A stretch of 64,000 nucleotides of DNA from Nitrospirota bacterium (lineage in GTDB: Bacteria > Nitrospirota > Nitrospiria > Nitrospirales > Nitrospiraceae), in assembly GCA_963701855.1 (NCBI GenBank), contig CAVPBK010000006.1:1312001-1376000 (forward strand). Direction: 5' to 3'. Below are positions 18,357 to 29,094 of this stretch, in pieces. Each line of letters starts with the position of its first letter. Within the stretch, counting starts at the first letter, position 1. Under the pieces are notes generated by a model. That model saw only the letters and a program-made list of their open reading frames with translations, had not been told where the DNA came from and did no database searches. A program made the translations under genes and the position numbers.

Positions 18357-19361
18357 ATGATGAAGGCGATGGTCTTGGCGTGCACGGCGGACGTGGGGAC
18401 TGCCCCGCTGCAGCTTCGCGAACTTCCAGTACCGGAGCCAGGTCCCGGAGAAGTCTTGGTCCGCATCACTGTCTGTGGGATCTGCCGGACGGATCTTCAC
18501 GTCATCGAAGGTGAGTTGGCCGATCCTTCGCTTCCGCTCATTCCCGGCCACCAAGCCGTCGGAATCGTGAGTCAGGTCGGCGCGGGCGTGAGTGAGCGGA
18601 CGGTCGGTGAGCGAGTCGGAATCGCCTGGCTGCAGCACACGTGCGGTATCTGTGAGTTTTGCACGAGCGGGCGCGAGAACCTGTGTGAGAGCGCCAGGTT
18701 TACCGGCTATCAGGTTGATGGAGGATACGCGGAGTACGCGATAGTCCCAGCAGTCTTTGCCTATCCGATTCCACCGGTCTTCAGTGATGCAGAGGCAGCC
18801 CCCCTCCTCTGCGCAGGAATCATCGGCTACCGCGCGTTACGTCTGAGTGGAATCCAGCCGGGTCAACGGATCGGTCTCTATGGATTTGGTGCGTCCGCTC
18901 ACATTGCCATCCAGATTGCTCGTCATTGGGGCTGTCAGGTCTATGTCAGCTCGTTGAAACTGGAGCATCAACGTCTTGCCCGTGAATTAGGCGCTTCGTG
19001 GGTGGGAGGGGCGACCGACCGGCCGCCTGACAAACTCCACGGCTCGATCATCTTTGCACCGGCTGGGGAATTGGTTCCGCCTGCCTTGCGTGCATTAGAG
19101 CGCGGCGGCACGCTCGTCCTCGCCGGTATCCACATGACGCCGATTCCCTCGCTCGACTATGACCGCGAGGTGTTTGGAGAGCGAGTCATTCGAAGCGTCA
19201 CGGCCAATACGAGGCAGGACGGCCTCGATCTCCTGCGTGAGGCGGCTGCGATTCCCATCAAACCCCACACTCTGACGTTTCCCCTCGCGGAGGCCAACCG
19301 TGCGTTGCAGAAGTTAAAATCCGGGCAGTATTCAGGCGCAGGAGTGCTCATTTTGTCGTAA
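18357..19361 (+). CDS. Zinc-dependent alcohol dehydrogenase family protein
   Basis: CGICRTDLH, PGHQ, CxxCxxC...ENLC, LLCAGIIGYR, GLYGFG. Confidence 0.9.
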   Translation: MMKAMVLACTADVGTAPLQLRELPVPEPGPGEVLVRITVCGICRTDLHVIEGELADPSLPLIPGHQAVGIVSQVGAGVSERTVGERVGIAWLQHTCGICEFCTSGRENLCESARFTGYQVDGGYAEYAIVPAVFAYPIPPVFSDAEAAPLLCAGIIGYRALRLSGIQPGQRIGLYGFGASAHIAIQIARHWGCQVYVSSLKLEHQRLARELGASWVGGATDRPPDKLHGSIIFAPAGELVPPALRALERGGTLVLAGIHMTPIPSLDYDREVFGERVIRSVTANTRQDGLDLLREAAAIPIKPHTLTFPLAEANRALQKLKSGQYSGAGVLILS

Positions 19362-19470
19362 CTATTCCAGAAGAAAGTGCACAGAACTTTATGGCGGGAT
19401 TTGCCGCCCCGCGCCAGACCCGCTTTGTCTTCTAATGTGTATGCGACCACGCCGGATCAGAGTCCCAAGG

Positions 19471-19515
19471 GAGCTGAGAAGGGAACGCGGTGGAGTTTCC
19501 GTTCAGCACTCAGCG
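19471..19515. repeat. Degenerate 7-mer palindrome overlapping the hemD stop
   Basis: GAGCTGAG...TTCAGCACTCAGC. Confidence 0.45.
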
Positions 19516-20346
19516 TTTGGCACGCAGCAGCGCGTGAGCCTGCTCGCTGGTTTCTTTGACCAAGATGCCCATCTTCGAGTGTGACGGTTCGAGGTCGATC
19601 GGCCACTCGTGGTGGCGCAGTCGTTCGCTGGCGGTGGGGCCGATGGACGCGACGACCATCTTCTTGAGTGCCGCACGAATACGGTCTACCTTTCCGTCTT
19701 TCTCCAATACCTGCATCACATGGTCCACTTGGGCGGCGTTGGTCAGGAGGAGCACAGGCACCTTCTCAGCGATGATGTCGTCGAGCGCCTGTTTGAGCGG
19801 TCCCAGATCTTCCGGGAGCGTCCAGCGATAGATGGGAACCTGAAAGACATCGGCGCCGCGCTGCTTCAAGGCCTCCAGCAAATCAGGATTCGACGTCCCA
19901 TACTCCTGCACGGCGACGCGCAATCCCTTCACCGGCCGATACTCATCCAGCGTGGAGATCAGATCGACCCAGGTGTTCGGTTCTGGCACCGTCAGCGTCG
20001 GCTGGAGACCGAAAGCTTTGAGCGCTGCGACCGGCTTGGGTCCACGGGCCACAATGGCCGTCTGCCTGAGGGCTGTCACAATCGACGACCAGGGATAGCG
20101 TGCTTTAAGGAGGTCGAACAGCGCGGTGGTGCCGACGCCGGTCAAAAGGATAAGAAGATCGACCCGCTCGGTCGTGAGCCGAACCCCAAACTTCAGTGCT
20201 GCGGAATTGTCATCGAGTGGAATCTCGCGGAGGGCAGGAGTGACGAGCGGATTTCCTCCATGACGTTCGATGAGCCTGGCGATCTCCACCGCCATGCGAG
20301 ACTCAAACGAGGCGACGGTCAGGCCATTGAAACCGACGGTATCCAT
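19510..20346 (-). CDS. hemD: Uroporphyrinogen-III synthase
   Basis: FESRMA, LTGVG, ARGPKP, VQEYG, YRW.LP, ASIGPTAS. Confidence 0.85.
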   Translation of the reverse strand: MDTVGFNGLTVASFESRMAVEIARLIERHGGNPLVTPALREIPLDDNSAALKFGVRLTTERVDLLILLTGVGTTALFDLLKARYPWSSIVTALRQTAIVARGPKPVAALKAFGLQPTLTVPEPNTWVDLISTLDEYRPVKGLRVAVQEYGTSNPDLLEALKQRGADVFQVPIYRWTLPEDLGPLKQALDDIIAEKVPVLLLTNAAQVDHVMQVLEKDGKVDRIRAALKKMVVASIGPTASERLRHHEWPIDLEPSHSKMGILVKETSEQAHALLRAKR

Positions 20347-20479
20347 GATGGCTCAGAGGTAAAAAGGCATAGTGGATTGTTTCTTCAAGATCGCGAGCGT
20401 AGGCATCGTACCATAATTAGCTGGAGATGAAGTGCAGCTGTTGGTTCGAGTGAAGTGATCAAGCCACAAGGATTTTCAA

Positions 20480-20508
20480 TTGACGGAACCGGGTCTGCTC
20501 CCTACTAT
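20480..20508 (+). promoter_or_regulatory. Sigma70-type promoter
   Basis: TTGACG-N17-TACTAT, then GAGGA RBS. Confidence 0.55.
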
Positions 20509-20529
20509 ACGGGCACAATTGAGGATGAC

Positions 20530-20967
20530 ATGAACGCTCCGCTTCATCGAGGATTGCGCCATGTGGCGCTGCGCGTCACGAATCTCATGCGCTCTCGCAC
20601 GTTCTATGAACAGTTGCTGGGGATGAAGGTGGTGTGGGCGCCCGACCTCGACAATGTGTATTTTAGCTCCGGATCGGATAATTTCGCCTTACACCAGATT
20701 CCACCCTCCGAGCTCGCCGCATATCAACCTCTGATGGGGCAATTATTGGATCACCTCGGTGTGATCCTTGAGAGCCCTGAAGCAGTCGATCGAATGTATC
20801 AAGAGGTCGAACCGCGTCTATCTGAATTGGGCGGGCAGGTCGTGAAACCGCCGAAGCAGCATCGCGACGGCAGCTATTCCTTTTACTTTTCCGACCCTGA
20901 TGGGAATGCCATTCAAGCCTTGTACGAACCTACCATCAGCAAACTGAGGTTCAGTGCTGAGACGTGA
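20530..20967 (+). CDS. VOC/glyoxalase family protein
   Basis: LRHVALRV, FYEQLLGM, LDHLG, FYFSDPDGN. Confidence 0.9.
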   Translation: MNAPLHRGLRHVALRVTNLMRSRTFYEQLLGMKVVWAPDLDNVYFSSGSDNFALHQIPPSELAAYQPLMGQLLDHLGVILESPEAVDRMYQEVEPRLSELGGQVVKPPKQHRDGSYSFYFSDPDGNAIQALYEPTISKLRFSAET

Positions 20968-21423
20968 GTGCTGAGACATAGGAAGGCGATGATGGCTGAG
21001 CGAAACGCAGCAAGGCGGTTCGAGGATCTTATTGCATGGCAAAAGGCACGGGAGTTGACTAAGAAAGTGTACGAGGTAACCGGGAATGGGCACTTTGCGA
21101 GAGACTTCGGATTACGAGATCAGGTCAGACGTTCGTCGGTCTCAATCATGGCTAATTCGAGGGGTTTGAGCGAGCCAGGCAAGCAGAGTTTCACCAGTTC
21201 TTGAGCATTGCCAAGTCCTCTTGCGCGGAGCTTCGCTCTCACTTGTATGTCGCGCATGACGCCAAGTATGTTGATGCCATCATGTTCAACGACCTGATGA
21301 GTCTTGCTCAGGAGGTCTCTCTTGTCCTCGGCGGTCTCAGATCAGCCGTCCAACGTCGCCGCGCAGAACGGGAATCACATGGTCGCTAGTTCCCACGTCT
21401 CAGCACTCAGCACTCAGCACTCA
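20953..21423. repeat. Inverted 7-mer arrays bracketing the four-helix-bundle gene
   Basis: Left AGTGCTGAGACGTGAGTGCTGAGAC (20953-20977); right CACGTCTCAGCACTCAGCACTCAGCACTCA (21394-21423); 14-bp perfect inverted match. Confidence 0.8.
20989..21389 (+). pseudogene. Four-helix-bundle protein (23S rRNA IVP/bAvd-like family), frameshifted
   Basis: [13 protein letters not shown]...[15 protein letters not shown] / EGFER...[21 protein letters not shown]; frameshift at ~21157. Confidence 0.85.
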
Positions 21424-21428
21424 TATCC

Positions 21429-23073
21429 ATGAACCAAATCTGGAACAGCTTACCGCGCGGACAGTATCTCAGCCTCGCGCCCTGGGCCTGGGTTCAATTG
21501 GAGCGTACGGACCCTCTCGGGCCCTTTCCTTTTATTGCAGGGGTGGCGCCGGAAGTCGTCGCGAGTCTTCATGAAGCCCACGGCCTTCTTTCGAGCGCGA
21601 TCGATACGGCCATCAGCGATGTCTTTTCCAAGCGAGCCCCGCTCGACGATCCCGATCGTCAGCGGCGATTGGAAGATGCCTATGCGGAGGTGATCAGTGC
21701 CCGCCCCTATCTGCAGCAGCACATTCGTTGTGGGCGGAGGCCGGATGGTACGTTTCAATGGGAATTTTCGACCGATTCCACAAAATCTTCCACGGTCACA
21801 AACGACGGGCTTCGGATCTTCCATTCCGTGAAGCGACAGGCTATTCCGATCGGGTTCGACCAGCGACAGTTGGGACCGGCGGTGGGAAAAGTCTTGGGGT
21901 TTTTGGACGGCACGCATCAGGCCGACGAAATTAGAACGGTGGTGGCGACCTCGGGGCGAGATGGAGAGCGAGTGCTGACACGGTTGATCGAATCCCTTTA
22001 CCAGCATGAGTGCTTGGTCAGCTCGAGCACTTCCTACATCAGGTCCCACTGGTTCGAGACACTGCAAGATCAAGACACGGTCCATCTCGGTCATGCTGCG
22101 CTGTTGTATCGGCAACAGGACCAGGTATTCTTGTTCGATCCCTGGCTGCTCCCCTGGTTTGCGGAATCCTCCGTCCCGTCGCTGTGTGGATCGCTGCTAC
22201 CTAAACCGGCTGCCGTCTTCTTGACCCATGATCACGACGATCATGTAGATCCTCGAACGCTTTTACACCTCCCCAAAGACACGCCGATCATCGTGCCGAG
22301 CCGAAGGAATCGGCGTACGCTTTTCTACGATTATCTGTCGCTCTTGCGGGAACTGGGATTTGGACATGTGATTGAATTGGCACATGGAGAAAGTTGGGTG
22401 TTCGAAGGCGGGGCCGTGTACTCCGTGCCGTTCTACGGCGAAGACCCCTGCGATCTGGAGATGCCGCGCAACTGCTACCTCATAGCCGATCGCGGCTATA
22501 ACGTGCTCGTGCATGCGGACAGTGGACCGACGAATAGCGGCAAGTCCGCCCTCAAGGACGGAGTGATTCAGGCGCTCGTGCAGCAGCATGGGCCGATCCC
22601 GCTGGTCTTTGCCTCGCAACAACAACTGCGCGAAGTCCGTGGCCATGCGGCTCACGCGCCCTTGTCTCATCCGGGGAAATGGCTCGACGTGGGAGAAAAC
22701 GGCTATCTCACGAATGCGTATCTTGCTGACATCTGTGCGGCGGCGCAGGCCAAGCTGTTCGTGTCGTATGCCACCGGCGGCGCAGAGTGGTATCCGGACC
22801 ATCTCTCGTTTATGTTCAGCCAGCGGAATCCTGCTCAGGACCGCGCTACTGACGGCCCATTGGGAACGGCCAGAAATGCTTAAATATCTTCTCTCCAAGA
22901 ACGGATGCCAGTATCATTACGGTCATGCCCTGGACCTCTTCCACCGCAAGTCCGAAGGGCTGGTGGAACCGATGAAGACCGGAGAGCCCCTGATGCCGAT
23001 CTCGCTCTATCGTCTCGACCACGGCGATCCTCCATTTATGAAAGCTGGCAGTCGTACGACAACATCTCGCTAG
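21429..23073 (+). CDS. MBL-fold metallo-hydrolase with apparent +1 frameshift near 22836
   Basis: [19 protein letters not shown]; a plausible protein continues ([13 protein letters not shown]...) in another frame to 23073. Confidence 0.75.
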
Positions 23074-23090
23074 ATCAACAAGGACTCACT

Positions 23091-24122
23091 ATGACCAAAC
23101 GAAAGACTCAGAAGCCGCCGATCCTTGTCACCGGTGTCGCCGGATTCATCGGCTTTCATACGGCGAACAAATTGCTGGAGCGAGGTGAGCAGGTGATCGG
23201 ACTCGATAACCTGAGCGACTACTATGATGTGCGACTGAAGAAGGCTCGGTTAGCGAAGCTCAGGCCCTTCAAATCATTTTCCTTCACGAAGCTTGATCTG
23301 GCCAACCGGGCTGGGATGAAGAAGCTGTTCGCGAAGCAACCGATCCGGCGCGTGGTTCATCTGGCAGCTCAAGCTGGTGTGCGCTATTCGTTGGTCAACC
23401 CGCATGCCTATACGGACAGCAACATTGAAGGGTTTCTGAACATTCTGGAAGGCTGCAGGCATGCGGAGGTCGAGCACCTTGTCTATGCCTCATCGAGTTC
23501 CGTCTATGGCGGCAATACCCAGATGCCGTTTTCGATCCACGACAACGTCGATCATCCGGTCTCGCTTTATGCGGCCAGTAAGAAGGCCAATGAACTCATG
23601 GCCCATTGCTATGCTCATCTCTATCGAATTCCCTGCACGGGTCTGCGCTTTTTTACCGTCTATGGGCCCTGGGGAAGGCCCGATATGGCCCTCTTCATCT
23701 TCACGAAGGCGATTCTTGAGGGAAAACCGATCGAGGTCTACAACTACGGAAAGATGCAACGAGACTTTACCTATGTCGATGACATCGTCGAAGGAGTGAT
23801 CCGAACACTCGATCGCCCGGCTACACCCAATCCGTCCTGGTCTGGCGACAAGCCCGATCCCGGAACCAGTTCAGCACCGGCCAGGATCTATAACATCGGC
23901 AACCATCAGCCGGTGGAACTGCTGCGCTTTATCGAGGTGTTGGAGACCGCGTTAGGAAAGAAGGCGGTGAAGAAGCTGTTGCCGATTCAACCTGGCGACG
24001 TGCCGGCGACCTATGCGGATGTCGAGGACCTCACGAGGGACGTCGGATTTTCCCCGGCGACGCCGATCGAAAAAGGTATCGCGCGTTTCGTGCAGTGGTA
24101 TCGGGAGTTCTACAAAAAATGA
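23091..24122 (+). CDS. NAD-dependent epimerase (UDP-glucuronate 4-epimerase type)
   Basis: [43 protein letters not shown]. Confidence 0.95.
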   Translation: MTKRKTQKPPILVTGVAGFIGFHTANKLLERGEQVIGLDNLSDYYDVRLKKARLAKLRPFKSFSFTKLDLANRAGMKKLFAKQPIRRVVHLAAQAGVRYSLVNPHAYTDSNIEGFLNILEGCRHAEVEHLVYASSSSVYGGNTQMPFSIHDNVDHPVSLYAASKKANELMAHCYAHLYRIPCTGLRFFTVYGPWGRPDMALFIFTKAILEGKPIEVYNYGKMQRDFTYVDDIVEGVIRTLDRPATPNPSWSGDKPDPGTSSAPARIYNIGNHQPVELLRFIEVLETALGKKAVKKLLPIQPGDVPATYADVEDLTRDVGFSPATPIEKGIARFVQWYREFYKK

Positions 24123-24158
24123 GGGGCGCCAAGCCTTTCAGATAGCCTGGCACCCCCC
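24123..24158. terminator. Hairpin between convergent genes
   Basis: GGGGCGCCAAGC...GCCTGGCACCCC. Confidence 0.4.
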
Positions 24159-24182
24159 AGTCTTTCGCCCTTAATCGATTGG

Positions 24183-24800
24183 CTACTGACAGCCGATCGG
24201 CACGAATCCCGGCCCGAATAGCTTCGACAGTGTGATATATCGCGCGTTGTCGTAGAACGAATAGCTCGGACCCCGCTGGTTTCTTCCGGAAAGATCTCCG
24301 CCGTATGAAGGGTCTGTTCCGTAGAAGAACCCTCCACGAGTTTTCTGAACTAGGTGGATCCATTCTCCATACAGGGAACAGACTTCAGCTTGAACGGACC
24401 CAGATGAGGCGATGCTCGCGTGCCAATCTTTGGCCCAGTCCGGGACAGTCTGTCCTCCACCGATCACACCGGTCTGATTGCGGTCGGGGTATGGAGGAAT
24501 ATTGTACTGAGGAGCTGCGGCCACGCTGGGGCGATAGGTTGGCATGTTGTCCAGCGAGGGCACGACCGACAACTCTTTCAGCGTCATCAGCTTGCAGCCG
24601 GGCAAATCCTTGTTGGTGTAGAGGGCGCTCCCATCGGCTTGGGGGCATTCCCGCATCAGGAACGGATCGAAGGCGATCGTCGTATCGGAGAATGCCGACG
24701 TTGAGGACAGGGTAAAGATCGCTGCGGCAATCATGAGCACATGGGTGGGCTGCATCGCGCACCTCCCTTGAGACGGTGGAACAGACAGGGCTTGCATCAT
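24183..24800 (-). CDS. Secreted hypothetical protein (DUF4124-like N-terminus)
   Basis: Signal peptide, CPQADGSALYTNK..PGC; start may be 24755. Confidence 0.65.
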   Translation of the reverse strand: MMQALSVPPSQGRCAMQPTHVLMIAAAIFTLSSTSAFSDTTIAFDPFLMRECPQADGSALYTNKDLPGCKLMTLKELSVVPSLDNMPTYRPSVAAAPQYNIPPYPDRNQTGVIGGGQTVPDWAKDWHASIASSGSVQAEVCSLYGEWIHLVQKTRGGFFYGTDPSYGGDLSGRNQRGPSYSFYDNARYITLSKLFGPGFVPIGCQ

Positions 24801-25110
24801 CGTTCGCCTTTCTTGATTGTACTCACCGATTGTATTGACAAGCTATTCTGCCAGAGCCAAAGCTGTCTATTCATCTTTCGAGGGGGGCCAAGCTACCGAC
24901 GAGGGGCTCGCCAGTTGGCTCAGATAGCCGATTGTCCGAGATCGAGGGCTCAATCGATTCGGGGTGTACGCCTTCTACATTCGGCAAGACGAGATCGGTT
25001 TCCATCGAACAGGCAGCTTTGCCTTGTTCCCTCCTCGTTGCTGGGGTATTCTCCGACTCGAACCCGTGAAACGCTCGAGGAATCTTCCTCCGTGGCTCCC
25101 CTCACTCCTC

Positions 25111-27117
25111 ATGACTGACTACGGTGTGCTTGCAAATCTGCTCGTGATCTTTACGTCGTCGATCGCCGTTGTCTTTGTATTCCATCAGTTTCGGCTTCCC
25201 TCGATTGCAGGATTCTTGGTTGCCGGCGCGCTCATCGGACCCTATGGGTTGAATCTCATCTCAGACATCGGCACGGTCCAAGCCTTGGCGGAGATCGGGA
25301 TCGTCCTGCTTCTTTTCACCATCGGCATCGAATTCTCGTTGGTGCATTTGGTCTCCATGCGCCGCCTCATGTTTTTGGCCGCGCCGATCCAGGTCGGCGG
25401 CGTACTGTTGATTGCGTGGTTCGGAGCGGTGCTGGCCGGACTGTCTTGGCAGCAAGGGGTGTTCTGGGGGTTTCTCTTCTCCTTGAGCAGCACGGCGATC
25501 GTGTTAAAAACCTTGGCTGAACGTGGGGAAAGCGACTCAATTCATGGCCGAGCCACGATCGGCATTCTCGTTTTTCAAGATTTGGCCGTCGTACCCATGA
25601 TGTTGTTGACGCCGATTCTTGGCGGCCAATCGGATGGAAGCGGGCTGGCGATTCTGCTCACATTGGGGAAGTCGATTCTTGTCGTCGCGCTCGTCATTGC
25701 AGGCTCCTGGTATCTGGTCCCCAAGGTGTTGGGGCATATCGTTCGCAGCCGCAGCCGCGAGCTGTTCTTGCTGACGATCATCGTCTCCTGTCTCGGCATC
25801 GCGTGGCTCAGCTCACTCGGCGGTCTCTCGTTGGCGTTGGGCGCGTTCATCGCCGGGTTGGTCATTTCTGAATCGGAGTACAGCCATCAAGCCATGGCCG
25901 AAGTGCTGCCGTTCCGCGACAGTTTCAACAGTCTCTTCTTCGTGTCAATCGGCATCCTTATGGACTGGCGGGTGTTACTCGCGCATCCGTTGCCGGTGGT
26001 CGGACTCCTCGTGACGGTTCTGCTGGTGAAATTTGTCGCCGGGGCCGGAGCGGTTCTGTTGGCGGAGATCCCCCTCCGGTCGGCGATTATGGTGGGCATC
26101 GCCCTGGCCCAGGTTGGAGAGTTCAGTTTCCTGTTGGCGCAGCAAGGGCAGGAGAGCGGTTTCTTGCGGGGCGATCCGTATCAGGTCTTTCTCGCGGTCT
26201 CGGTGCTTTCCATGATCGTGACGCCCTTTCTCATGCAGTGGTCGCCGCACCTGGCCCGCCGCGTCGAAGCATGGCAACGGCTTCGTCATTGGCTGCCTAA
26301 TCGCACCACCGCCCACGTCCTCCAGACCGAAAAAAAGCAGATTCGGTTGAAGGATCACGTCATTATTGTGGGGTATGGGTTGAACGGAAGGAATCTCGCC
26401 CGTGTCCTTGGCGATACGGAGATCCCGTATCTCGCCTTGGATCTCGACGGCGATACGGTCGGCCGCGAGGCAAAACATGGAGTGCCCATCTATTATGGCG
26501 ATGGCACGAATCCGAATGTGCTGCGGCATATGAGGATCGAGGATGCGAAGGTGTTGGTGGTCGCCATTTCTGATCCCTTTATCACCAGGCGAGCAGTGCA
26601 GGTGGCCAAGGGACTCAACCCCAAACTCCATGTTGTCGTGCGGACCCGCTATCTGCGCGAATTGGAGGAGCTGCACCAACTCGGCGCGGATGATGTGGTG
26701 CCGGAGGAATTCGAAACCTCCATTGAGATCTTTGCCTTAGTGCTCCGCACCTATAAACTGCCGCAGGTTTTTGTGACGGAAAAAGCCAACCAGGTTCGCC
26801 GTGAAGGCTACGCCTTGCTTCGTCGCAGCGAATTGCCGGAACTTGCGCATCATCTTCGTGGCGGAACCTTGGCCGATGCAGCAGTCGAAACCTGCCGCAT
26901 CGACGACGATTCGCCTGCGCAAGGGAAGACGTTGGCTGAGATTGCTCTCCGTCCGCGCACTGGCGCTTCGGTGATTGCCTGGACACGTGATGGGGTGACG
27001 CAAGCAAATCCGTCGGAGAACACTCGGTTGATAATGGGCGATATAGTGGTATTAATCGGTTCGCGCGCCCAGATTCGGCAGGCGATGGGTCTCTTAGTGC
27101 AGATGGGTGAGAAATGA
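25111..27117 (+). CDS. CPA2 cation:proton antiporter with TrkA-N/TrkA-C domains (Kef-like)
   Basis: LAEIGIVLLLFTIGIE, LSSTAIV, FQDLAVVP, AQVGEFSF, GYGLNG, GDGT. Confidence 0.9.
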   Translation: MTDYGVLANLLVIFTSSIAVVFVFHQFRLPSIAGFLVAGALIGPYGLNLISDIGTVQALAEIGIVLLLFTIGIEFSLVHLVSMRRLMFLAAPIQVGGVLLIAWFGAVLAGLSWQQGVFWGFLFSLSSTAIVLKTLAERGESDSIHGRATIGILVFQDLAVVPMMLLTPILGGQSDGSGLAILLTLGKSILVVALVIAGSWYLVPKVLGHIVRSRSRELFLLTIIVSCLGIAWLSSLGGLSLALGAFIAGLVISESEYSHQAMAEVLPFRDSFNSLFFVSIGILMDWRVLLAHPLPVVGLLVTVLLVKFVAGAGAVLLAEIPLRSAIMVGIALAQVGEFSFLLAQQGQESGFLRGDPYQVFLAVSVLSMIVTPFLMQWSPHLARRVEAWQRLRHWLPNRTTAHVLQTEKKQIRLKDHVIIVGYGLNGRNLARVLGDTEIPYLALDLDGDTVGREAKHGVPIYYGDGTNPNVLRHMRIEDAKVLVVAISDPFITRRAVQVAKGLNPKLHVVVRTRYLRELEELHQLGADDVVPEEFETSIEIFALVLRTYKLPQVFVTEKANQVRREGYALLRRSELPELAHHLRGGTLADAAVETCRIDDDSPAQGKTLAEIALRPRTGASVIAWTRDGVTQANPSENTRLIMGDIVVLIGSRAQIRQAMGLLVQMGEK

Positions 27118-27161
27118 GCCGTTCGCCCGCATTAATCACGAACCCTTGTGAATAATGCGGG

Positions 27162-27833
27162 CTAGCGCCCGGACGTTGTCATGAGCTGATAGGCCTCGTC
27201 CAGCGTTGCCACTTCGATGATTGTGATGTTCCATCTGGCTGCCAGTAGGGAGAGATCCTGGTCAGCCTTGTCTAGCTGCCCGCGAGGCACCAGTATGGTT
27301 TTATACTGTGCGCGAGCCGCCGCTTCGACTTTGATGAGGAGGGCACCCACCGACTCGATCTGACCGTCCGGCATGATTGTCCCGGTCAGAGCGACATCTG
27401 ACTTGACGCCGTCGCCTCGCCAGGCTGCCACGATGCCGACCGCGACGGCGCTGCTGGCGCTCATTCCCTCGGTCAACGCATTGTATGATCGGTTCTTGAT
27501 CGTAATGGCCCACCCTCGCCCGTCCGTTCCCACTGCTTTCATGGCAGCCAGGACGGCGTGTTTGACGCCGTCTTTCCAATCCTCGCTGACGATTGAGCCG
27601 CCGCCCAGGTTTATCTCATTGAATTGGACAGTCGGCCCCTCTTGTCGAGGGTCTGTGTCGATTTGGAGAACGATGTAGTGGACGATACCGGTCTGTCCAT
27701 CGGCGCGCACACCCAGTGCCGGCACCGTTGCTATACGACGGTTGTCGGCTGACAAGACCGGGAAGGCTTGCGTGCAGAGAATGATCACCGACAGAAGAAC
27801 TATCAGGCGAGGTGTTTTCCGCGTCTTGCTCAT
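27162..27833 (-). CDS. Secreted S16 (Lon C-terminal) protease-domain protein
   Basis: Signal peptide, EGMSASSA, ALTGTIMPDGQIESVG, IKVEAA. Confidence 0.8.
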   Translation of the reverse strand: MSKTRKTPRLIVLLSVIILCTQAFPVLSADNRRIATVPALGVRADGQTGIVHYIVLQIDTDPRQEGPTVQFNEINLGGGSIVSEDWKDGVKHAVLAAMKAVGTDGRGWAITIKNRSYNALTEGMSASSAVAVGIVAAWRGDGVKSDVALTGTIMPDGQIESVGALLIKVEAAARAQYKTILVPRGQLDKADQDLSLLAARWNITIIEVATLDEAYQLMTTSGR

Positions 27834-27855
27834 GGATCATGCGGGCGCAGTGCGG

Positions 27856-28944
27856 TCAACTCTTCCAGCGAAGCGTGACTCGTTCTTTGAGCGGATGGTC
27901 GAGGGGCTGTCCGGTTTGCGCCGATGCGAGATGCGCGGCTTTCAACTTGTAATACCACTTGGCCGGCGTATCGGCATCGTCGATCAGCATCAAGGACGGT
28001 TTGTAGCGTAATCCCACCGCCTGGCGTTCCATCGCTTCTCGATCCTGCGTCATGAAAATGTTGGCGAAGTAGCGAAAGATGGTCTTGGAAAAAGGAACCC
28101 AGCTGAGGCAGTTCCACGCTGCGGTAAAATTGATGCGGCATTGCTGGTCGCCGATCGGCGTAACCGTGGCGCGGCTCGATACGAAGAGCGATCCGCACTG
28201 GACGAATTCGAACCGCTGGTTGGGCAGCACAAAGTCAATGGTCGTCGTCAGCGGCCCGCCGTAAAACAGGTTCAGGAGCTTGTACGGCCCGCTGTTCGTT
28301 GAGGGGGCGTGTGGCACCATGCGGAAGCCGTTGGGAATCGGTTCGAAAGTCTTGGCCTTTTCGTGGATGCTTGCCCTCGTGCGCCACCAGGAGCTTTGAT
28401 GCACAAAGGGGCCGTGAGCCGGGTCCATCAAACCGACGATGCCGTCGTCAATGGTGCAATTCAACAGTGTCGAAATGTGGATCATCCGATAGGGAGACGA
28501 GGGGAGTGGCAGCGGCGGCACGTCCGGGATGGTCTGATTCGGTTGTTGAGGGTCTGGAATGAACACCCACACGTAGCCGTCCCGTTCGCGGCAGGCGTAG
28601 GTGGTGATGCCGATTTTGTCGACGTGAATGGGGGAATTTTCGACCAGAGCAGGGATTCCCCGGCAACGGCCTGCTTGATCGAACCGCCAACCATGGTAGG
28701 CGCACTCGACACAGTCGCCTTCCATTTTGCCGAAGGACAGCGGCATCCCGCGATGAGGACAAATATCCCGCATGGCCGCGACCGCACCCTGTGATGTTTT
28801 GCAGACGAGGATCGGGAGGCTCAGCAGGACCGTCCCTTTCAGGCTGCCGGGAGCGAGTTCACTGCTCAAACAAGCGGGATACCAAAAGCCGAAGAGCGGT
28901 GCGGTCTTAGATGGCTTGATCTCGGTGATGAGGTTGCTATTCAT
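27856..28944 (-). CDS. Rieske non-heme iron oxygenase alpha subunit (VanA-like)
   Basis: DICPHRG...CAYHGW Rieske motif; DPAHGPFVH mononuclear Fe site. Confidence 0.9.
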   Translation of the reverse strand: MNSNLITEIKPSKTAPLFGFWYPACLSSELAPGSLKGTVLLSLPILVCKTSQGAVAAMRDICPHRGMPLSFGKMEGDCVECAYHGWRFDQAGRCRGIPALVENSPIHVDKIGITTYACRERDGYVWVFIPDPQQPNQTIPDVPPLPLPSSPYRMIHISTLLNCTIDDGIVGLMDPAHGPFVHQSSWWRTRASIHEKAKTFEPIPNGFRMVPHAPSTNSGPYKLLNLFYGGPLTTTIDFVLPNQRFEFVQCGSLFVSSRATVTPIGDQQCRINFTAAWNCLSWVPFSKTIFRYFANIFMTQDREAMERQAVGLRYKPSLMLIDDADTPAKWYYKLKAAHLASAQTGQPLDHPLKERVTLRWKS

Positions 28945-29094
28945 GGAAAGAGGGAGGAAATACGTGAGAGGAGCAGCCTGGACTGCGGCAGCAACTTGAT
29001 CGTGAATATAGCGAGTGGGTCATAAGAACGTCAAGCCAGCCGGCACCAAATTGCATCTTCGATTCCCTTCTGCCTCGATCCCATACTTCTTATA

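Noticed and set aside
20953..21423. Diversity-generating retroelement suggested by the bAvd-like fold
   Set aside because: No reverse transcriptase and no TR/VR pair with adenine-specific differences in the window.
29041..29056. Sigma54-like GGCAC...TTGC site
   Set aside because: GG-to-GC spacing is 9 nt, not the required 10.
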